Shown: piece by piece, positions 1-7,329 of the stretch | Layout of the letters: every line of letters starts with the position of its first letter | How positions within the stretch are numbered: the first letter of the stretch is position 1 | IMG/VR virus record: IMGVR_UViG_3300046516_001816 | Span: 62,001-126,000 of that record | Length of the DNA stretch: 64,000 nucleotides | Direction: 5' to 3' (one strand) | The notes under the pieces: model-generated | Told to the model about the DNA's origin: nothing | The model's input: the letters and a program-made list of their open reading frames with translations, nothing else | Database searches by the model: none | Position numbers and translations under genes: made by a program

Positions 1-4
1 TGTG

Positions 5-37
5 CCTAGTCATCCCCCCGGGTGACTAGGTCTTTTT
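5..37 (+). terminator. Intrinsic terminator of the upstream (out-of-window) unit
   Basis: Stem CCTAGTCAT(5-13)/GTGACTAGG(22-30) followed by TCTTTTT. Confidence 0.8.
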
Positions 38-59
38 GCCGGCATGTGGTTGATTAGTA

Positions 60-430
60 TAAAACTTATCGCGTTTGTATATGTTACGACGGAGTGCCAT
101 GCTCCGTGTAGGAAGGGTGTTGATGCGTGCTCCTCGGGCTTTTGGTGGCGGGCGCGGGCAGCAACACTAATGGGATCGGCTAAACCCATTTGCTAAGTGT
201 CGAAAGATGACGACAGCGAGAATCTCGTTGGGGAACGAGAAGACGCCAACCAGGAAGGGTTGAAGCTGGTTTCTTTAAAGGTGGTGTGCCAAGGCTTTTC
301 CTTGGGGCATGCGGTGCATCACTGAACACGGGGCTGATCGCGCCCTCGTGAAGGAGAAGCTAAGCTCCCGTTCCTGTTTTTCACGTTGGGGAGGGTCTTT
401 CGGGAACCCTCCCCTTCTTTTTTCCTTTTA
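60..430 (+). ncRNA. Candidate structured non-coding RNA of unknown family
   Basis: No credible ORF; about nine consecutive hairpins; bounded by a terminator at 5-37 and its own terminator at 388-430; ends approximate. Confidence 0.45.
388..430 (+). terminator. Intrinsic terminator
   Basis: GGGAGGGT(388-395)/ACCCTCCC(405-412) followed by a long T/C tract. Confidence 0.8.
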
Positions 431-493
431 TGCCGTCTCGCTTATTTTTACCGTCCGGGTGTACCTTATGAGAATAAGACAAGGAGTTCCCCC

Positions 494-2629
494 GTGGCAT
501 TTGACAACCCCTTTGCTTTACAGGCTAATGAATACGTCCGCGATCTGGACGTGTTCAAGCATTACGTGAATCAGACCGTGACGTACCTCGTGAAGATGAC
601 CGGGTGTACGGAAGACGAAGCGAAAGAGTACGTGAAAAAGAACCTCGGTCCCGACGGCAAGTTCCCGTTCAAGGATCCGAAGGTGTGGTATCTCGAGCGC
701 AATGAGCACGGCGATCGGGAAAAGAAAGAAGGCACGCTGGCGCAGTATATCGGTGAGGCGATTCAGAAGGAGCAGTTGATTGCCCCGACCTTCACCACGT
801 ATTTGCCGGTCAAGCAAAAGCAGTCGCTGCTCGCCATGTTCATTGACGCGAACGTGAAGCGACGCAAGGTGGCTAAGCACGCCATGTTCGAAGCCAAGAT
901 GGCGGGTAACGAAGTGCTGCGAATTTTGAAGGATAACGAGCAGACCAATATGAAGCTCTCGAACAATGCTTGTTCGGGCGCGCACGTGTCGGCCTCCACG
1001 CCGCTGTATAACAAGACCGCTCACTCGACGCTGACCTCTAACTGCCGGGTGACCGCAGGCTATGGCTCGGCCAATAACGAGAAGTTCCTGAACGGCAATC
1101 GGCACTATTGGTCGCCGGACATCGTGAAGTACAATATCACCTCGATCATCAACAACACGGACTATGTGGCGATTCGCCATGCGATGGATAAGTTTGACAT
1201 TCGCAATCCGTCGGTCGAAGAAGTGATGGACTGCATCGAGTATTCCACCAAGCTCTACTGGTGGGATAAGCGCCATATGCAGTTGATTCGTCAGTATGTG
1301 GAAACATTGACGCCGATCGAGCGCGCGGCGTTTGTCTACACAGGTGACCTGTACCACCTGATGAAATACAACGACGGCGTGGCCCGTACCTTTATCGAAC
1401 GCTTGTCGTTGCCGGTGAAGGTGGCGCATCCAGAACCGGGTCCGGTGATCAAGAACGCCCACGAGGATCATCTGGCGCTGGCTAAACAGTTGCTGCCTGA
1501 TCTGATGCGCGGCAAGAAGTTGGAAGACATCAAGGGCACGGAAACGGAAGGCATTCTGGCGTCGACCGTGCAGCATGTGGCCGATACCGTGACTGCATAT
1601 GCAGATCTGATCAAAGCGTTTTGGGTCACGAAGAATGTCCCGGCGTCGCTTGCGCGCTTTCCGGAATCCATTCGTCGTTCCGCACTGATGGGTGACACCG
1701 ACTCGACCATCTTTACCGTGCAGGATTGGGTGAGCTGGTACAACAACGGTCGTATTGGGTATGATGATCGTTCGTCGGGGGTGGCAGCTACGATGATCTT
1801 TCTGTCAGCCCAGGCCATCGTGCACTTGCTCGCCCGAATGTCGGCGAACTTTGGCGTGGAAGAAAAGCGGACGTTCCAGACCGCGATGAAGAACGAGTAC
1901 AAGTTTGACGTGTTCGTTCCGACGCAGGTGGCCAAACACTACTATGCGCTGATCGGCTGTCAGGAGGGCAACCTCTACAAGGAGTTTGACACCGAAATCA
2001 AGGGCGTGCATTTGAAGTCGTCGAATGCGCCGCGTGCGGTGATGGCCAAAGCGAAGACGATGATGGTGGAGATCATGAACACCGTCATGCGTGAGGAAAA
2101 GATTTCGATCCATAAGTACCTGAAGGAAGTGGCGGACCTCGAACGCGACATCAAGGACTCGATCCTGTTGCGCTCCAGCTACGAGTACTTCCGTTTAGGA
2201 CAGGTCAAGACGGCCGAGTCGTACACCCTGCCGCCGGAGAAATCGAACTTCGCGCACTACACCTTCTGGAACGAAACGTTTGGTTTGAAGTACGGCCAGA
2301 TGCCCCCGCCACCCTTTGGCACGGTGAAGATCTCCGTGAAACTGGACAGCACGACCAAGGTGCGCAAGTGGCTCGCCAAGATGGAAGACCGGCAACTGGC
2401 CAAAAACATCGAAGAGTGGATGATCAAATTCAATAAGAAAGCGATCACGACCTTCCATGTGCCGGAGCAGGTGATTCAGTCGATTGGGATTCCGCCGGAG
2501 ATCATGAGCGAGATTGATATCCGTAAGATCCAGATCGATACGGTGAACGTCTTTTATTTGATACTTCAAAGTTTAGGAATCTATTGCCAGACTGATAAAA
2601 GTCTTCAGCTGGTGAGCGATTTCTATTAA
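494..2629 (+). CDS. Split family-B DNA polymerase, catalytic (palm/thumb) subunit, phiKZ gp50-like
   Basis: PolB motif B-like KLSNNACSG and motif C MGDTDS; GTG start at 494 after SD AAGGAG (481-486); the ORF-track start at 386 lies inside the terminator. Confidence 0.88.
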   Translation: MAFDNPFALQANEYVRDLDVFKHYVNQTVTYLVKMTGCTEDEAKEYVKKNLGPDGKFPFKDPKVWYLERNEHGDREKKEGTLAQYIGEAIQKEQLIAPTFTTYLPVKQKQSLLAMFIDANVKRRKVAKHAMFEAKMAGNEVLRILKDNEQTNMKLSNNACSGAHVSASTPLYNKTAHSTLTSNCRVTAGYGSANNEKFLNGNRHYWSPDIVKYNITSIINNTDYVAIRHAMDKFDIRNPSVEEVMDCIEYSTKLYWWDKRHMQLIRQYVETLTPIERAAFVYTGDLYHLMKYNDGVARTFIERLSLPVKVAHPEPGPVIKNAHEDHLALAKQLLPDLMRGKKLEDIKGTETEGILASTVQHVADTVTAYADLIKAFWVTKNVPASLARFPESIRRSALMGDTDSTIFTVQDWVSWYNNGRIGYDDRSSGVAATMIFLSAQAIVHLLARMSANFGVEEKRTFQTAMKNEYKFDVFVPTQVAKHYYALIGCQEGNLYKEFDTEIKGVHLKSSNAPRAVMAKAKTMMVEIMNTVMREEKISIHKYLKEVADLERDIKDSILLRSSYEYFRLGQVKTAESYTLPPEKSNFAHYTFWNETFGLKYGQMPPPPFGTVKISVKLDSTTKVRKWLAKMEDRQLAKNIEEWMIKFNKKAITTFHVPEQVIQSIGIPPEIMSEIDIRKIQIDTVNVFYLILQSLGIYCQTDKSLQLVSDFY

Positions 2630-2647
2630 CACGTATCCGTGACTAAA

Positions 2648-2773
2648 ATGAAGGGAATAAGAAAGCACTATAGTACGGGGGTAGGCGCCATCCTGGTGGT
2701 GTCCTGCGTAACAATCATTGAAGTGGATGCCCATCGGTACATCGCGTATCTTGGCATGAAACGTTTTCGTTGA
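2648..2773 (+). CDS. Small hypothetical protein (41 aa, hydrophobic core)
   Basis: Hand-translated MKGIRKHYSTGVGAILVVSCVTIIEVDAHRYIAYLGMKRFR; tiles the gap after the polymerase; weak SD. Confidence 0.35.
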   Translation: MKGIRKHYSTGVGAILVVSCVTIIEVDAHRYIAYLGMKRFR

Positions 2774-2783
2774 GGAAGCAGTG

Positions 2784-2912
2784 ATGCATTGGGTCATTGG
2801 TGGGGGGATTTGGCTGGTTTGTTGCGCGCTGTTTGTCGCACGGTGGGATTGGGGTCGGAATAACCCCGAGCCGAAGTCATGTGCGGAAGGAAAATGTACA
2901 TGCTGCGGTTAA
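2784..2912 (+). CDS. Small putative membrane protein with Cys-rich tail (42 aa)
   Basis: Hand-translated MHWVIGGGIWLVCCALFVARWDWGRNNPEPKSCAEGKCTCCG; SD GAGGA upstream. Confidence 0.5.
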   Translation: MHWVIGGGIWLVCCALFVARWDWGRNNPEPKSCAEGKCTCCG

Positions 2913-3034
2913 CGCTGACGAAGGTGCCCTTGGACGAACAAAACCGGATGCTCCGTGCCGGCTTTGGGAAAAACAAGGGTGCCTGGTTTGTACGGGTGGA
3001 TCTCTGGTGGGCAGGCTGGCGTCTGACCAAGTAA
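2894..3034 (+). CDS. Small hypothetical protein (46 aa, basic/aromatic)
   Basis: Hand-translated MYMLRLTLTKVPLDEQNRMLRAGFGKNKGAWFVRVDLWWAGWRLTK; SD GGAAGG; followed by hairpin 3045-3063. Confidence 0.55.
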   Translation: MYMLRLTLTKVPLDEQNRMLRAGFGKNKGAWFVRVDLWWAGWRLTK

Positions 3035-3076
3035 ACGGCATACAGCCCGGGACGAACCCGGGCCGAGGGAGAAACA

Positions 3077-3478
3077 ATGAAAACTGCGTACGCAATGCGC
3101 AAGCAATTGCCCCACGAGGATCGTCCGATCGAGACGAACAACCTGGAGTCGGGCTGGACGGAAACCTTGATCGCCTTGATCGAACGCGGTCCGGTGGATG
3201 ATGGTGATATCCCGAGCAAGCGTGCACGGGATTCGTTGTTGCATCACGGCTTTGCTTGCAAAGCGATTGTCCATCAGCAAGAAGCAGGGAACCTGGCCAC
3301 GTATCGGGGCCGTGAACTCTACAAGCAACTCGTGGACGCGCCGAGCCTGAAAGAGGCGATTGCCAAGCGACAAGCCAATCCGAACTTCCTGAATGACTTG
3401 TGGAAGTCGCAGCAACCGAAGCCGGCATGTGGTTCGTGCGGCTACACAGCGGATCCGGCCTGCGTGGCCTGCAATTAA
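3077..3478 (+). CDS. Hypothetical protein with C-terminal CxxC-x7-CxxC
   Basis: SD GAGGGAG; C-terminus CGSCGYTADPACVACN. Confidence 0.7.
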   Translation: MKTAYAMRKQLPHEDRPIETNNLESGWTETLIALIERGPVDDGDIPSKRARDSLLHHGFACKAIVHQQEAGNLATYRGRELYKQLVDAPSLKEAIAKRQANPNFLNDLWKSQQPKPACGSCGYTADPACVACN

Positions 3479-4626
3479 AACAAGTAAGCCGAGCTACGGA
3501 CACCGAGATCATTCTGCGAGGGGTTAGCCTTTCGCAGGATGGCCTCTATGTCCTGTATGACGTCTGCCTGCATATCGGCGGGCATGTGACCTTCGAAGAT
3601 CCGGCTATAACGCCAGCGCTCAAACATGCGATTGAGGTTATTGACTTCCGCCTGATTCTTGGTCGCCGGGGTGACGTGCGCCTGACTCAGGATAAAGTCC
3701 AGCATGGGCAACCGCGCAATCGCCAGACCCCACATCACTTGTCGCGTGGGTGCGACGTCCGGCACGCGCATGGCCTGCTCCATATTCTCACGGGTGGCCG
3801 CGGGAACGCTTTGGAGAATCCCCACGAGATTCTTTTCCTGATGCGCCAGATTCGTGAGCACCTCCTTATACACCGCATTGACTTTCGGAATATAGTCAAT
3901 CAAGGCAAATGGTTGACGCCGCACGCCAATCGGTTCGTTCTTACCCTGCGATAGATTCACGAGCCGGTTAAAGAGGGCCTGATCCAGATGGCTGAACAGC
4001 ATATTCGGTAGCACGTACATATGCACGAACATCTGATCGGTCTTGTCGTTATGCGCCTGCGGCTGATCGTCACTGATCCAGTACGACTGACGGAAACAGT
4101 AATACTGCACCATCAGCAACGGAATGTTAATGGCAATCACGGCGATCCCGGTCTCCGTCGTATTGCGAATGCCATCGGGTAGGTTCAGGTTGAGATCGCT
4201 TTTCGCATGACGGAGAACCCGGACCGGAGTCACATTCTGCCAGTCTTTGCGCGCCTTGTCAAGATCAAAGCTGTCGTTGTGCGCGATGATGATTTCCTGA
4301 CTACCCGGCCCATAGAACACGCCATTAAAGACCTGCCCCTTGGCCAAGGCTGAGGTTAATTTTAACACCGAGGCGAGATCTAGTGAGACGTCATCGGCGA
4401 TGGCGTAGTACCGTTCGAAATCGACGGACGTGGACACGCCGAGATTCTGAATGAGTTTAACTAGCAGGTGCTCGGATTTCACCGCTTGCGGGTTGGCGCG
4501 ATAGTACCGCACGACCTGACCTAAGTTGGCTTGCAGGCCGCGTTTGACATACGGCCACAGAGTGGGGTGCTGGATGCCTTGCTGTGCTCGGGGCTCCAGA
4601 TTGAAAAGCGTATGCATGCTTAGCAT
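3475..4626 (-). CDS. Virion structural protein (phiKZ gp52-like by synteny)
   Basis: 383-aa ORF on the opposite strand between polymerase and chimallin, the position of phiKZ gp52. Confidence 0.6.
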   Translation of the reverse strand: MLSMHTLFNLEPRAQQGIQHPTLWPYVKRGLQANLGQVVRYYRANPQAVKSEHLLVKLIQNLGVSTSVDFERYYAIADDVSLDLASVLKLTSALAKGQVFNGVFYGPGSQEIIIAHNDSFDLDKARKDWQNVTPVRVLRHAKSDLNLNLPDGIRNTTETGIAVIAINIPLLMVQYYCFRQSYWISDDQPQAHNDKTDQMFVHMYVLPNMLFSHLDQALFNRLVNLSQGKNEPIGVRRQPFALIDYIPKVNAVYKEVLTNLAHQEKNLVGILQSVPAATRENMEQAMRVPDVAPTRQVMWGLAIARLPMLDFILSQAHVTPATKNQAEVNNLNRMFERWRYSRIFEGHMPADMQADVIQDIEAILRKANPSQNDLGVRSSAYLF

Positions 4627-4649
4627 CCAGTAATGAAAGGGTCATAAAA

Positions 4650-4817
4650 TTGAAAACAATTGCAGAGTACAACACCTCGCAAGAAGAAATTGAGATGCTC
4701 AAGCGTGAGGCCGTGGAAGCAGAGCCTTGCACCGAGGAACCGGATACGCGTGGTGAGTCGCGCTATAAGCGCGGTCGTCGCTGGTGGGAGCAATCGAAAT
4801 GGGAGCGTCGTCGATGA
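4650..4817 (+). CDS. Small hypothetical protein (55 aa) with RRWWE tail
   Basis: Hand-translated from TTG: MKTIAEYNTSQEEIEMLKREAVEAEPCTEEPDTRGESRYKRGRRWWEQSKWERRR; stop overlaps next ATG (ATGA). Confidence 0.55.
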   Translation: MKTIAEYNTSQEEIEMLKREAVEAEPCTEEPDTRGESRYKRGRRWWEQSKWERRR

Positions 4818-5218
4818 GAACATTTCAACAAACCATCGATCAGCTTCTCGACTACGATAAGCTCAAGCCGGGTTGGGGTGGATCGCTGAGTCTGCCGCCG
4901 CGCGCGGGGATGGTGCAATTGGTGGCGTGTTTTGTGAACGGCATTCCGCAGGATCTGCCCCCTCCGAAACCGATGATTTCCTCGAGCGGAGTGATTGGTC
5001 TGTACTGGGACGAGCCGCGCAGTTATATCGACATTGAGTTCCGCTCGCAAGAAGACATCAGTGTCTTTGTGGTGTACGACAAACAGGACAAGACGAAAGA
5101 CCGCTGGTTTCCGCATATGACGGTGCCGGAGTTCACGCACCAGTTTTTTCTTGACCACTTTCAACAACTCAAAGAAGAAGCACCATGCGCAACAGCCGAA
5201 GCCGTCACGCCCACTTAG
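4814..5218 (+). CDS. Hypothetical protein
   Basis: ATG at 4814 with SD GGGAG, coupled to the upstream stop; in frame with track ORF 4784. Confidence 0.7.
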   Translation: MRTFQQTIDQLLDYDKLKPGWGGSLSLPPRAGMVQLVACFVNGIPQDLPPPKPMISSSGVIGLYWDEPRSYIDIEFRSQEDISVFVVYDKQDKTKDRWFPHMTVPEFTHQFFLDHFQQLKEEAPCATAEAVTPT

Positions 5219-5418
5219 CCGCGTTGGTGAATCTGATCGCGGTGACCGGCACCGCCAGTCAACACGACGTGGGACTGTATGGCATGGATGAAACGACCAA
5301 CACTATTGGACCCATGAACAACGTCTACGATCCTCGGGCCTTCCAAGGCAATCGTGCCGAACGGCGGGGTCAGCGGAACCGATCGAATAAGCGGGGGAAG
5401 TGGTGGGACAAAAAATAG
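5185..5418 (+). CDS. Small hypothetical protein with basic KWWD tail
   Basis: 77-aa ORF overlapping neighbours in an operon-like tiling. Confidence 0.55.
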   Translation: MRNSRSRHAHLAALVNLIAVTGTASQHDVGLYGMDETTNTIGPMNNVYDPRAFQGNRAERRGQRNRSNKRGKWWDKK

Positions 5419-5807
5419 AAGACTTCTTTAATCCGAGCTGGTTGCCGCATCGTACCCCGTCCGGTAAGACCATGATGATCGTCACGCCCAGTGGTCGCGA
5501 CAATGCTGAGTTTATCCGCAAGCTCTATCGCGATCATTATCATCAGCCAGTCTGGGACGAAGTCATTTGGCCGATGACGGCAGTCAGTAATACGCAGCCC
5601 TTAGCGCTCTTCCAAGGCCATGGTACAGCCATGGTGCGCAATCTACTGGAGCTGCATAAACAAACCTTCGTGTCGCCCTATACGTCACCCGAGTGGGTGC
5701 TGCATGATACGGATCCAAGACGCAAGAACAAAATCGCACGCAAGAACCGAGATGGGGTGAAAGCGTCGCAGAATGCCACAGGGAGAAAATGGTGGGAACA
5801 CCGCTAA
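5400..5807 (+). CDS. Hypothetical protein with basic KWWE tail
   Basis: 135-aa ORF; GTG start inside the WW codons of the previous gene. Confidence 0.65.
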   Translation: MVGQKIEDFFNPSWLPHRTPSGKTMMIVTPSGRDNAEFIRKLYRDHYHQPVWDEVIWPMTAVSNTQPLALFQGHGTAMVRNLLELHKQTFVSPYTSPEWVLHDTDPRRKNKIARKNRDGVKASQNATGRKWWEHR

Positions 5808-6655
5808 ACGAATACGGGCAGATTATCGTGCATCAGGTCCCGCAAGCTGTGCTCGAGCATTTTCCGGAAGAACACAGAAAAGACTTTGATCTGCGACCGA
5901 TTGAAATGCTGCCTGAGACGACCGAGGAAACGTACAACGATCGTGTGTATCCGAGAGAAGCATTTCCGGTGGTGCAGGGCAATCAATGTTGGGTGGAGCG
6001 CGTGACACCGCGAGATGCCGTCACCGTGCAGCCACTGATGGATCCCGTGCCCTTGATTTTCTCAATGGGACGTAACACGGGTAAGTCGTTAACGACGGCG
6101 GATATCTTCGATAACATCGTGAGCGATGAGCGTCCCATGGATGCGTTGGAGAACTTCTTCACCGGCTTCTATAAGCGACTCAACGGTACCTTGAATGGAT
6201 ATATGGGCGAAGCCCGGCCGCGCAAGGTAAGCTTTAACTGGGAGCCGGAACTTACGATCATTGGTCGTAAGCGCTTTTGGTTGTATCCGACCTACACCTC
6301 GTTGATTGGTCCCAATGGCAAGGATATCATGCGCGTTTGCGTACCCGCTCGCCGCCGCGCCGGGTTTGCTGCGTACAAGAGCATGAAACGACAGGACCTG
6401 CAAATCCTGAAACCCCCTAAGCCACTGGATTGGTCGTTTGCGCTTTTCGAAGAAGAAGTGCGCAACTGGTACCGACCGGCTTACGGACCGGATGGTCTTA
6501 TCTTGCTGAAGCAACTTCAGCCGGGCCAGCGCGTCACGGTGACCTATTCGTTCGGTACCTTGCGCTTTGTCGATCCGTACAAGGAACGCCCGTCTGAACG
6601 CCGTGCTCGGCTCTCGAGCACGGCCGATTCAAATGGCAAACCAAGGAGGAAGTAA
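5789..6655 (+). CDS. Hypothetical protein
   Basis: 288-aa ORF, SD GGGAG, overlaps previous gene. Confidence 0.7.
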   Translation: MVGTPLNEYGQIIVHQVPQAVLEHFPEEHRKDFDLRPIEMLPETTEETYNDRVYPREAFPVVQGNQCWVERVTPRDAVTVQPLMDPVPLIFSMGRNTGKSLTTADIFDNIVSDERPMDALENFFTGFYKRLNGTLNGYMGEARPRKVSFNWEPELTIIGRKRFWLYPTYTSLIGPNGKDIMRVCVPARRRAGFAAYKSMKRQDLQILKPPKPLDWSFALFEEEVRNWYRPAYGPDGLILLKQLQPGQRVTVTYSFGTLRFVDPYKERPSERRARLSSTADSNGKPRRK

Positions 6656-7077
6656 TGGCAGGTGAACTGGTTCTACCGGGTCAGCTTGATTTGATTGCCA
6701 AGATTGACATCGACCGGCATCAACGTAAACACACGGGCTTGCCTGTGTCCTACGCCGCCATTCGTCGTGCCAGGGGATTGCTCGAACTCTTGCCGCAGCG
6801 CATGGCTGCCGCACGGGTCAATGAAGGACAAGACGGCTCGGTAGAATTTACATGGGAGCGTCATGATGAGGTAGTGGACGCTACCTTGCGTTTGTGCGCG
6901 CAACCTCACGGCGGTGTGAAGTACTACTACAAGGTAGGTGGTAGAAACGGCGGTGAGGCAGGGGGCTTTCTGAAACCGGATCAATGGGATACGGAAGTCA
7001 TCGGCATCGTGAGACACGTGGTCGCCGTGCTCACACCCGCGCCCGCACGCACCGGGTCAATTCCGCGATTGGAGTAG
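6655..7077 (+). CDS. Hypothetical protein
   Basis: TAATG coupling, SD AAGGAGG. Confidence 0.75.
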   Translation: MAGELVLPGQLDLIAKIDIDRHQRKHTGLPVSYAAIRRARGLLELLPQRMAAARVNEGQDGSVEFTWERHDEVVDATLRLCAQPHGGVKYYYKVGGRNGGEAGGFLKPDQWDTEVIGIVRHVVAVLTPAPARTGSIPRLE

Positions 7078-7085
7078 TTCGAGTA

Positions 7086-7115
7086 AAAATTTACCGAGAT
7101 ACCCCTATGGTATAG
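7086..7115 (+). promoter_or_regulatory. Putative middle-type promoter upstream of chimallin
   Basis: AAAATTTAC (7086-7094) fits the published phiKZ middle-promoter motif AAanntTAC; followed by GGTATAG. Confidence 0.4.
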
Positions 7116-7246
7116 TGAAGAGCACGTCTCTTCATGCCGATCCCATCTGTCTAGGGGTCGGAAGGAAACCCCGGTAATTCCCTTGGACAGTTTTGTAGTA
7201 CTCGTTTTGCCCCAAGGACGCTGCGCGATTCAAAGACGAAATAGGC

Positions 7247-7255
7247 ATATATCAC
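7247..7255 (+). promoter_or_regulatory. Putative early (virion RNAP) promoter core ATATATCAC
   Basis: Motif recurs at 6 intergenic sites; resembles the phiKZ early TATTAC element. Confidence 0.6.
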
Positions 7256-7329
7256 CTATCTGACACTAATACGAGAGTGTAGTGTTCGCGCGATCATTAA
7301 CTCTGTTTAAAACTGAAGGAAACGAAATC

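Noticed and set aside
330-338. GGGGCTGAT resembling the tmRNA 5-prime end
   Set aside because: No downstream T-arm, CCA acceptor end or tag ORF; the unit terminates about 90 nt later
88-412. CsrB/RsmZ-like GGA sponge interpretation of the candidate ncRNA
   Set aside because: GGA motifs are present but mostly not in hairpin loops, and few match ANGGA; not supported enough to call
309-569. 86-aa track ORF and the 386 start of the polymerase
   Set aside because: Both run through the 388-430 terminator; the SD supports GTG at 494
2794-3512. Track ORFs 2797+, 2794-, 2877- and 2909-
   Set aside because: Better explained by three coupled small + strand ORFs with SDs and the 3077 gene
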